A stretch of DNA of 64,000 bases, from IMG/VR virus record IMGVR_UViG_2718218133_000001. One strand, given 5' to 3'. Every line of letters starts with the position of its first letter. Position 1 is the first letter of the stretch. The position numbers were made by a program, and so were the translations under genes. The notes under the pieces are model-generated. The model did no database searches, was not told the DNA's origin, and saw only the letters and a program-made list of their open reading frames with translations. The stretch is from a virus. Taxonomy: Duplodnaviria > Heunggongvirae > Uroviricota > Caudoviricetes. This document shows positions 56,067 to 64,000 of the stretch, piece after piece.

Positions 56067-56524
56067 TATGCTGCTCTCACAATATAATTGAAGGCAATGT
56101 TACGTGGGCGGGTTTCATTCCCCCCAGATAACTCCGTTCTGTATTGACTGGTAAATTTACCATTAATCGCTCCTTCTTGGACGGCGTTATCTGTCGACAA
56201 CAGGCTATCCCCCCCTCTGTCATTTGGCACCAATACCGTGTTATCCCACGCGTCCCATGACCGAATATTATGATAATGACTTCCTGTTAACCACCCCTGT
56301 ATGCTTAAGATGACCCTTCCCGCATCCACACCTCGCCCATCATCCCAACCACGGATAAACTCACCGCGTAAATCAGGTAATTTTAACGTTGGGTAAACCT
56401 TTGCCAGATTTGGGTACTTTTCAGAAGAAAATGCTGCGCCATTGCATTTCAGCCACCCCGTTGGAGGTGTGGCTGATGGCCACGGAACGGGCACGCCAAC
56501 GGGCAGTGCAGAGCCTTCCCCCAA
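56066..56524 (-). CDS. tail-fibre tip cassette E (coupled to tfa)
   Basis: 152 aa; same conserved ends. Confidence 0.5.
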   Translation of the reverse strand: MGEGSALPVGVPVPWPSATPPTGWLKCNGAAFSSEKYPNLAKVYPTLKLPDLRGEFIRGWDDGRGVDAGRVILSIQGWLTGSHYHNIRSWDAWDNTVLVPNDRGGDSLLSTDNAVQEGAINGKFTSQYRTELSGGNETRPRNIAFNYIVRAA

Positions 56525-56541
56525 ACCAACGTTTTATGCCG
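56516..56541 (+). other. crossover site 5
   Basis: TTCCCCCAAACC-AA-CGTTTTATGCCG; opposite orientation to sites 1-4. Confidence 0.5.
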
Positions 56542-56797
56542 CCCTTACGATGTAATTAAATGCAATGTTACGAGGACGATGGTTACATATTACGACCATC
56601 AATCGTGAATGTCCAGTATAATGAAAAACTCAATAATTCCGTCTTAGGCTGTAGATAATACTTGTCATAGTTATGATTGAATGACCAGACTCAATGTCGA
56701 AATTACCTCCGTAAAGAAAACAATATGTCTGATCCTGCCATTCTGAATAGCAGTACGTCCAGATCAATCCCCGCCCATCATCCCAGCCGCGATAAAT
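56530..56797 (-). pseudogene. degenerate remainder of cassette F (C-type) currently joined to S
   Basis: DNA alignable to cassette C but with indels; S reading frame stops early at 56798. Confidence 0.4.
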
Positions 56798-59377
56798 TCA
56801 CCCGTAAATCCGGTAATTTATTGTGGGTAGCCTTTGCCAGTTTGGGATACTTTCAGAAGAAAATGCTGCACCGTTGCATTTCAGCCACCCCGTTGGAGGT
56901 GTGGCTGATGGCCACGGAACGGGCACGCCAACAGGCAGTGCAGAGCCTTCCCCCAAACCAAGGTAATTAAGAACGCTCTGAATACTGGGCTTACTAAGAA
57001 TTGCACGTCCAACACTTGTCAGTGCAGTTAACGCGGCACGATCAACCCCTGTGAAATAAGGGAGTTTATCTGCTGCGGTAGCTAGTGCCGCTAGAGCAGT
57101 GAGCGTAGCGTCTGCCGCTTGCTTTCCATTAGCCAAATCATATGCAGCCTTGACAGCTTTCGGTGTAGCGGCCAGCACTTCAGACGTGCTGTTAGTGGCA
57201 CTACTGAGCTGAGTGATGCCTTTCGCTGTCAATGAAGCTGTTGGCACACCAGTAATCTGATTCCAGGGATGTGTATGACTGGATGGTGCTTTTTCGGCTG
57301 CTAGATCGTATGCAGCTTTAACCGCTTTTGGCGTTGCAGCTAATGTTTCAGAAGTGCTGTTGGTGTCGCTACTGAGCTGAACTATCCCTTTTTGTGTCGT
57401 GGTTGCATCCTGGGCTGTATACTTCCCGTTAGCCAGGTCATATGCAGCCTTGACAGCTTTCGGTGTGGCGGCCAGCACTTCAGACGTGCTGTTAGTGGCA
57501 CTACTGAGCTGAGTGATGCCTTTCGCTGTCAATGAAGCTGTTGGCACACCAGTGATCTGATTCCAGGGATGTGTATGACTGGATGGTGCCTTTCCGGCTG
57601 CTAGATCGTATGCAGCTTTAACCGCTTTTGGCGTTGCAGCTAATGTTTCAGAAGTGCTGTTGGTGTCGCTACTGAGCTGAACTATCCCTTTTTGTGTCGT
57701 GGTTGCATCCTGGGCTGTATACTTCCCGTTAGCCAGGTCATATGCAGCCTTGACAGCTTTCGGTGTGGCGGCCAGCACTTCAGACGTGCTGTTAGTGGCA
57801 CTACTGAGCTGAGTGATGCCTTTCGCTGTCAATGAAGCTGTTGGCACACCAGTGATCTGATTCCAGGGATGTGTATGACTGGATGGTGCCTTTCCGGCTG
57901 CTAGATCGTATGCAGCTTTAACTGCTTTTGGCGTTGCAGCTAATGTTTCAGAAGTGCTGTTGGTGTCGCTACTGAGCTGAACTATCCCTTTTTGTGTCGT
58001 GGTTGCATCCTGGGCTGTATACTTCCCGTTAGCCAGGTCATATGCAGCCTTGACAGCTTTCGGTGTGGCGGCCAGCACTTCAGACGTGCTGTTAGTGGCA
58101 CTACTGAGCTGAGTGATGCCTTTCGCTGTCAATGAAGCTGTTGGCACACCAGTGATCTGATTCCAGGGATGTGTATGACTGGATGGTGCCTTTCCGGCTG
58201 CTAGATCGTATGCAGCTTTAACCGCTTTTGGCGTTGCAGCTAATGTTTCAGAAGTGCTGTTGGTGTCGCTACTGAGCTGAACTATCCCTTTTTGTGTCGT
58301 GGTTGCATCCTGGGCTGTATACTTCCCGTTAGCCAGGTCATATGCAGCCTTGACAGCTTTCGGTGTGGCGGCCAGCACTTCAGACGTGCTGTTAGTGGCA
58401 CTACTGAGCTGAGTGATGCCTTTCGCTGTCAATGAAGCTGTTGGCACACCAGTGATCTGATTCCAGGGATGTGTATGACTGGATGGTGCCTTTCCGGCTG
58501 CTAGATCGTATGCAGCTTTAACCGCTTTTGGCGTTGCAGCTAATGTTTCAGAAGTGCTGTTGGTGTCGCTACTGAGCTGAACTATCCCTTTTTGTGTCGT
58601 GGTTGCATCCTGGGCCGTATACTTCCCGTTAGCCAGGTCATATGCAGCCTTGACAGCTTTCGGTGTGGCGGCCAGCACTTCGGACGTGCTGTTAGTAGCA
58701 CTGCTGAGCTGAACTAATCCCTTTTGCGTTGTGCTTGCATCCTGCGCCGTATACTTGCTTTTCGCCAGATCGTAGGCTTTTTTAACTGCCAGCGAACTTG
58801 CAGCGACATCACTTCTGGTACTGGTTACAGAGTCGGAAATTTCAATGCCTATCGTGAGATCGATGCGGTCGGATACATCTATCATTTCCTGAGTAATAGC
58901 AGATACGCCAGCAGGGATATTCACCGTACAAACAAGCAGTTCCCCATCTCCTAACTGATATGAATCGGTATAGGTTCTGGCAACAAATTCAGCTGCATGA
59001 ATATGTGACGCGGTATTCACCTGATAGGTATCTTCTCCAAGAAGGTATCTTCCCTTCAGCACAATTGCATATTTCTTGCCTGCGTTAAGTGCAAGAGAGA
59101 TATCCTTACGATGCTGAATAGTTACCTGGTAGAATTCACCAATATCCACTGACGCCGCGCCAGCGGTTTTATCTCCATCCACTGAGGTGATTAACAGGTT
59201 CATCCCACCGCCAGGCTTAGGCAAGAAACCAGCATAAAATCCCGGGTCAACAATTCCCCTGAATTTTCGGTTTAGAGCGGCTGACAGATATGGTTCGTGG
59301 TATTGCACATCAGCCACCAGAGCCAACGACTCGGGTGATGGGTAAGTAACCGATGTAACAACTGTAACGTCATTCAT
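56798..59377 (-). CDS. tail fibre protein S (current configuration fused to cassette F)
   Basis: 859 aa from ATG 59377 (AAGGA RBS); tail-fibre repeats KAVKAAYDLA..TTQKGIVQLSS; C-terminus ends prematurely inside cassette F. Confidence 0.8.
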   Translation of the reverse strand: MNDVTVVTSVTYPSPESLALVADVQYHEPYLSAALNRKFRGIVDPGFYAGFLPKPGGGMNLLITSVDGDKTAGAASVDIGEFYQVTIQHRKDISLALNAGKKYAIVLKGRYLLGEDTYQVNTASHIHAAEFVARTYTDSYQLGDGELLVCTVNIPAGVSAITQEMIDVSDRIDLTIGIEISDSVTSTRSDVAASSLAVKKAYDLAKSKYTAQDASTTQKGLVQLSSATNSTSEVLAATPKAVKAAYDLANGKYTAQDATTTQKGIVQLSSDTNSTSETLAATPKAVKAAYDLAAGKAPSSHTHPWNQITGVPTASLTAKGITQLSSATNSTSEVLAATPKAVKAAYDLANGKYTAQDATTTQKGIVQLSSDTNSTSETLAATPKAVKAAYDLAAGKAPSSHTHPWNQITGVPTASLTAKGITQLSSATNSTSEVLAATPKAVKAAYDLANGKYTAQDATTTQKGIVQLSSDTNSTSETLAATPKAVKAAYDLAAGKAPSSHTHPWNQITGVPTASLTAKGITQLSSATNSTSEVLAATPKAVKAAYDLANGKYTAQDATTTQKGIVQLSSDTNSTSETLAATPKAVKAAYDLAAGKAPSSHTHPWNQITGVPTASLTAKGITQLSSATNSTSEVLAATPKAVKAAYDLANGKYTAQDATTTQKGIVQLSSDTNSTSETLAATPKAVKAAYDLAAEKAPSSHTHPWNQITGVPTASLTAKGITQLSSATNSTSEVLAATPKAVKAAYDLANGKQAADATLTALAALATAADKLPYFTGVDRAALTALTSVGRAILSKPSIQSVLNYLGLGEGSALPVGVPVPWPSATPPTGWLKCNGAAFSSESIPNWQRLPTINYRIYG
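56948..56973 (+). other. crossover site 6 at S constant/variable junction
   Basis: TTCCCCCAAACC-AA-GGTAATTAAGAA; left half-site identical to site 5. Confidence 0.5.
57111..58760. repeat. about 5.5 tandem copies of a 300-bp unit inside S
   Basis: Unit boundaries at 57121/57421/57721/58021/58321/58621; copies 2-5 differ by only a few bases. Confidence 0.85.
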
Positions 59378-59388
59378 CAAGCATATCC

Positions 59389-59823
59389 TTATGCTGTAGT
59401 CGAGTTTATGGCCATAACTGCGGTATATGTTTTGCCCACATACAGCGAGTCTTCCTGGACACAAATAATGGCGATTGGCTTATTCTCGTTATCCAGAACA
59501 ACCAGAGTGTTGAATGGGTAGTTTTTCCCTTCCTGCAACTGACTTTGATCAAGGTCCATTCGGACAGTAATTATCCCGCCTGAGTAGGTTGGGACGAGGT
59601 TGATGGTGCAAAATTGACTGGTCAGTTCTGCCAGATCGAAAGCCTTTGGCAGTTCTCCAATCTCATAAGTGCCATCTCCTTTCTTAGTAACCAGTGAACT
59701 GGTACCGAAAACGGCCTTGCTGATTAAAAATCGAGAGCCTTTGTTAATGGACGATTCAGCGCGCCGCTGATAGTAATAGTCCAACAACTGACTCTTATAG
59801 AGGTTTGTTGAGACGTCAGACAT
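59389..59823 (-). CDS. tail/baseplate protein upstream of S
   Basis: 144 aa; position corresponds to P1 R. Confidence 0.35.
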   Translation of the reverse strand: MSDVSTNLYKSQLLDYYYQRRAESSINKGSRFLISKAVFGTSSLVTKKGDGTYEIGELPKAFDLAELTSQFCTINLVPTYSGGIITVRMDLDQSQLQEGKNYPFNTLVVLDNENKPIAIICVQEDSLYVGKTYTAVMAINSTTA

Positions 59824-59875
59824 GATTTTCCCTAATCAATGTTGTGAAGCCTCATTGTAAGATAAGTAACTTGTC

Positions 59876-59894
59876 ACCCCGCCCTGCGGACGGG
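59876..59894. terminator. hairpin ccccgccctgcggacgggg
   Basis: Between the two upstream minus-strand genes; possible attenuator. Confidence 0.35.
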
Positions 59895-59901
59895 GTGATT
59901 G

Positions 59902-60621
59902 TCACGCATCGCTATCCAACAGCAAATCATCTGCGCGGGTGCGATCAAACGTAGGCGTTGCTTTCACAATAGTGCCACCAGGCGTTGCGGTGATCGGGGC
60001 GCTAATCGACGTAACTCCAGTAAGCGAAGTTGTATCCGAAGTTTCAAACCAGCAGAATGCTTTTTCGGTATCAGAAATCTCGTTCAAAGTGATCATGTCG
60101 GCCTGTTCATTTACAACAACCGACAAATAGAGCGTAAGCCCATCAAACACTATATGCAGTGGCAGTAGAGGCTTTACGAACTGATTAAACTTTCTGAGAA
60201 TTTCTTCTGTAATTGCGGACTGATCTATCGTTCCAGTAATACCCATTGTCCGGGCCAGGTCGTTTATGGGAATACTGATCATTCCTCTGGAAGTCAGAAA
60301 CATCTCGCCGAATGTGCCGCCGGTGGTTTCCAGTGTGCTTTCTGGAATCAGGACCGTACCATAGGGATGACGTTCAAAGTCCACCGGAGCATATATGGGA
60401 TCCCATAAAACCGATATACCGTTAAATTCGCGATAAATTGTCTGGTTTATAGGGCGTTCAGTGCCCTTAAAATGGATCTCATCAAACCGCTGTTGTAGCA
60501 ACATCGGAACGGAAGATGAATTCGACGTTCTGATAGTAAAAAACTGGCCAAGTTCATTTGTCCTGGTCTCCAGATCCTCCTTGCTCATGGAGAAAATAGA
60601 CTTCCGGTTGGTAGTCAACAA
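59902..60621 (-). CDS. baseplate protein, hypothetical
   Basis: 239-aa ORF within baseplate module. Confidence 0.35.
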   Translation of the reverse strand: MLTTNRKSIFSMSKEDLETRTNELGQFFTIRTSNSSSVPMLLQQRFDEIHFKGTERPINQTIYREFNGISVLWDPIYAPVDFERHPYGTVLIPESTLETTGGTFGEMFLTSRGMISIPINDLARTMGITGTIDQSAITEEILRKFNQFVKPLLPLHIVFDGLTLYLSVVVNEQADMITLNEISDTEKAFCWFETSDTTSLTGVTSISAPITATPGGTIVKATPTFDRTRADDLLLDSDA

Positions 60622-60720
60622 AGGTGTCCATCATTGACTGAACCAAATCAGCCAATGATTTATAAAGTAATGACTTTTGCTTAGCTGATGTAAGCCGGTT
60701 ATTAAACCAGGAACGCTGCA

Positions 60721-62154
60721 TCACTCCTCCTCATACGAAATATTAAAGGTGGAGTTTTCTGTATCCAGATAAACGAAATCGTAAAAGCCGTTGGACTCAT
60801 TCCACTCGACAAATTCCAGATAAAAGTCGCGGAAATAGCCCAGCGTTTCGATAAACGCCCAAACGTCTTTTTTCTTAATCAGGATGTACTTTCCGACGCG
60901 GTTCGGATCAAAGAAAGTTGAGTCGCGCCCAAATTTTGTTTCCAGTGCCGACTTCAGCTCATCGGTCACGTTCTCAATGGTCAGGCTTGCCGATATTCGC
61001 CCGGTGATGGTGATCTTAAAGGGTAGTTTTCTGACCTCTTTATACGAAAATTTCTTGTTCAACTCATTCGGCACCTTCTTAAAAGCGGCCAGGATCATTT
61101 CCTCAAGCTCTGACTGACTTTTATTCGGATGCCATCCTGAAATAAATATCTTATTGATATTCCGAACATTATAAGCACCATCTAATTTCTCTTGCTGGCC
61201 TTCGCCCCATGCCTTTACCCAGGACAGTCCCGGGATGTTACGCACCAGAAAATACGTATAGTCCCCGCCCCATACGACCTGATCATCATAGGCAAGGTAA
61301 TATTGTGCACGATTACGTGTGATCTCCGTTGTTTCGGCATCGGTACCTGCGGTTATGGGTGTCGTTGTCTTAACTGAAATCAAATTAGCTAAATTAGCCG
61401 CAGAATCGACAGGCGTCAGATTTTGGCCAGCAACCAAGGTTATATCTCCGTTGGTGCACCATACCTTAAGTGTAATGGTCGAGCCTTCTGGCGGTATTTG
61501 CCCAATTAGCCCATCACCGAATCGAACCCCCAACTGCTCGGATGGTTTATAAAACTCAACGTAGACCTGGCTTTTACTACCGGCTAACCGGAACATAGTG
61601 CTGGAAGACCACTGCGTGGTCTTACCATCGGTCGTCACGAATACTTCCAGCTTATAGCAGACAGCAGTGAGAGCCTTTGATAACACGACTTCCAGAAATT
61701 CTTTGGCTGCCGTAACGGTATATGTCACCTCCTGGATTTCCAACTGTGCCACTTCTACCGTACCGGTGCCGTCAACCAACCTGCATACATCCATAGTCAT
61801 GTAAGGGTACTGGTCGTCAGATATTAAAGGCATATTTTTGGGGATTACCGCTGGGGCATCTTCACTTGTGGCGGTGATCTCAATCATCCCCGATGACGGT
61901 GTTGGCTTGGTACCAACGTAACTATTCGTTTCTGCCGCTGCCAGGATAGAGGAACGCCGCGTCGCGGTCGATATAAAGCCTTCAGCCAGCGCCGCATCGG
62001 CATACTGAAAGCACCTGTAGACAATCTGGGTAATAAACAATGTCAGCATCGAGACAAATTGAGAGCCGACAAACTTCGACCAGAATGAATCTTTCTCGAC
62101 AAGCTCTTCAAACTCTGCACGAATACTGTCTTTAGTCGGTGTTGTTTTACTCAT
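60721..62154 (-). CDS. baseplate wedge protein (gpJ/gp6-like)
   Basis: 477 aa; position corresponds to P1 bplA. Confidence 0.4.
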   Translation of the reverse strand: MSKTTPTKDSIRAEFEELVEKDSFWSKFVGSQFVSMLTLFITQIVYRCFQYADAALAEGFISTATRRSSILAAAETNSYVGTKPTPSSGMIEITATSEDAPAVIPKNMPLISDDQYPYMTMDVCRLVDGTGTVEVAQLEIQEVTYTVTAAKEFLEVVLSKALTAVCYKLEVFVTTDGKTTQWSSSTMFRLAGSKSQVYVEFYKPSEQLGVRFGDGLIGQIPPEGSTITLKVWCTNGDITLVAGQNLTPVDSAANLANLISVKTTTPITAGTDAETTEITRNRAQYYLAYDDQVVWGGDYTYFLVRNIPGLSWVKAWGEGQQEKLDGAYNVRNINKIFISGWHPNKSQSELEEMILAAFKKVPNELNKKFSYKEVRKLPFKITITGRISASLTIENVTDELKSALETKFGRDSTFFDPNRVGKYILIKKKDVWAFIETLGYFRDFYLEFVEWNESNGFYDFVYLDTENSTFNISYEEE

Positions 62155-62510
62155 AGCACCACGTCCTGTGTGATAGTTATATCCCTGATACGAATGGATA
62201 TTTTCAACTTATCAAAAGCATCTCCCTCGGCTACTGACAAGCCAGAAATCGGTATGTCAGGTAAATCTACCGTCAGTTTTTGCAACAGCATTGCCTCAAC
62301 CGCAATTTGAACATGCGACAAGTTGGTCGGTTCGTGTTTAAACTGCGGTAAAACATTGCCCCATGACGGATCTCCGTATACCTCACCCTGATAAGTGTTT
62401 AGCCACTCATATAAACGAGCGCCCCAGGCCTCCTCCTGGGACTCATACGTTTTTACGCCGGATAACTCCAGCGTCAGCAAAGGATCAATTTCGTTATTGT
62501 TGGCCATCAA
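62151..62510 (-). CDS. baseplate protein (gpW/gp25-like size)
   Basis: 119 aa; coupled overlaps on both sides. Confidence 0.3.
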   Translation of the reverse strand: MMANNNEIDPLLTLELSGVKTYESQEEAWGARLYEWLNTYQGEVYGDPSWGNVLPQFKHEPTNLSHVQIAVEAMLLQKLTVDLPDIPISGLSVAEGDAFDKLKISIRIRDITITQDVVL

Positions 62511-64000
62511 TCAACTCTCGCGTAGTCATTCATCAACGGATCATCAATTGACAGTGGTACCGTGCGCATAACGCCCGGCTGAGGCGTGCTGACCTTTACG
62601 ACAGTTCCCTGGCCTTTCGCCGAGTCTTTGGTGTGCTCTTCAATCCTGGCAAGCAATGAGGTCATCTGCGCAAACAGCCGCTTCGTTTCACCATCAAGTG
62701 AAACGGTATTATCAGCCAACTGCATTGTCGGCTTGGCACCGGAACCGCCAAGGTCACTAATAACCTGCCCGTCTATCTGCATACGACCGGTTGGTTGCTG
62801 CAAATCGTTGGCGACAGTCGTCATCTGGGACGTGGAAGCTGGTTGAGGAGAATTATTTGAGCGCATTCCCCGGGCATTAATGAGTTTGTCATACAGTCCA
62901 TCAATCCCCATTTGTGCGCCGAGCTGGTCAAAGTAACTTGAGTTGTTGGCCACCGGACGTGCCTCTTCAACTGGCATAGGTGTATCAACATACACATTGC
63001 CAGCTGCCGTTGCGGTTCCCCTTCCTCGTGCACGTTCTTCGAGGGTTCCCTGGACGACTTCCCGACGCATCCCCCGGCCATTCATGAATTTGTTGACCAG
63101 ATCGTTAACGCCAACAGCATTGCCGATTTTGTCTACCAGACCGCCTTTCTCAAACGGGCTATCACCAGGGGTAAACGCCAGACCAGTAGACTGATCGATA
63201 ACAGCGTTATCAGGCAGTGGTCCCCTCACTCCATATTGCGCCCCACCCTGTGCTCCTGCCCCAGGTGTATAGATTTCACCACCTAAATAGCGAGCACGAT
63301 GAGTATTGACCTTGATCGCGTACTCACGGTTTTCTTTCGATAAGTCACCTGTGCCTTTTTTCCACTTATTGATAGTGCCAAACCCTGCGTTATATGCAGT
63401 GATGGCCTCGTTTAAGTCTCCATTGGCTTGCTTCAGATACTTGCTCATGAGAAGAGCCGCAGCTTCTGCCGATTTCACAGGATCAAATGCATCCTGTTCC
63501 GATATCCCTGTCTCTTTACGAGCAATACTCGTGAACTGGAACATCCCGAGTGCGCCACCACTTAACTTTCCATCTGGTGATCTTGTAAGCGGAGACTTTG
63601 CGTTAGGATCCCCTCCTGATTCAGTTGCAGCAATCGCGTAAAGAGTGCCTTCTGGAAGACCATATTTATTCTCTAGTTCAGCAAAATATGGAGCCAACTT
63701 ATCGAGATTTGCCTTACCTTCAGCGCCAAGACTTCCTACTTTTACATCCAAGTTGCCATTGTTGTAGGTATCCGCAGCTTTCTGAATATCATTCCTGGTT
63801 CCAGTAGTATTACGCGACGATGATGACGAGCTATTTTGACCAATAGCTTTATCAATTTTCTGCAACGCGCTATTGCCCGTTTCTACAGCATTTGCATTGA
63901 TTATCTGATTGGCAGTTTCTTTAACTGTTTTATTGCTATCTTTCGCCGTATCTAGAGATGCATTTACAACACGAGTGACAATATTAGCCTTTTTAGAGGT
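62507..64000 (-). CDS. sit: Sit-like tail protein with lytic transglycosylase (SLT) domain, 5'-truncated by window edge
   Basis: SLT motif region YAIAATESGGDP..GALGMFQF..AYNAGFG; P1 Sit is far longer, so the gene runs past the window end. Confidence 0.6.
   Translation of the reverse strand, partial: TSKKANIVTRVVNASLDTAKDSNKTVKETANQIINANAVETGNSALQKIDKAIGQNSSSSSSRNTTGTRNDIQKAADTYNNGNLDVKVGSLGAEGKANLDKLAPYFAELENKYGLPEGTLYAIAATESGGDPNAKSPLTRSPDGKLSGGALGMFQFTSIARKETGISEQDAFDPVKSAEAAALLMSKYLKQANGDLNEAITAYNAGFGTINKWKKGTGDLSKENREYAIKVNTHRARYLGGEIYTPGAGAQGGAQYGVRGPLPDNAVIDQSTGLAFTPGDSPFEKGGLVDKIGNAVGVNDLVNKFMNGRGMRREVVQGTLEERARGRGTATAAGNVYVDTPMPVEEARPVANNSSYFDQLGAQMGIDGLYDKLINARGMRSNNSPQPASTSQMTTVANDLQQPTGRMQIDGQVISDLGGSGAKPTMQLADNTVSLDGETKRLFAQMTSLLARIEEHTKDSAKGQGTVVKVSTPQPGVMRTVPLSIDDPLMNDYARVD

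Noticed and set aside
53500-58760. Possible CRISPR array suggested by the many repeated sequences
   Set aside because: Repeat units are 300 bp or ~480 bp, protein-coding and in-frame (tail-fibre repeats and cassettes), with no short repeat-spacer periodicity and no cas genes.

Overview
This window reads as ~64 kb of a P1-family phage-plasmid (Enterobacteriaceae), recognised from protein sequences I know and from a canonical loxP site; no database search was run. Gene order follows phage P1: six minus-strand tail/baseplate genes, a long plus-strand accessory operon punctuated by C1-operator-like 17-mers, then hot, humD, phd-doc, pdcAB, lpa, pacA (with the GATC-rich pac site), pacB, c1-coi, loxP-cre, ref, mat, lxc-ulx-darB, prt, pro, lyz, ssb, the darA operon, holin-like genes, a DNA invertase, an invertible tail-fibre region, and tail/baseplate genes ending in a partial sit. 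The main departure from P1 is at the mat-lxc locus: where P1 carries the EcoP1I res-mod genes there is instead a single AT-rich 435-aa ORF with SIR2-type motifs, which I propose as a candidate single-gene NADase defence system. Other departures are a solo IS200/IS605-type tnpB between prt and pro, a six-site multi-cassette inversion system (p15B Min-like) beside a decayed P1-type cin fragment, and near-identical 300-bp tandem repeats inside tail-fibre gene S. P1 gene symbols are given only where I recognise the protein; ORF-track starts often use TTG/GTG and were adjusted to an ATG with an RBS where I could verify it.
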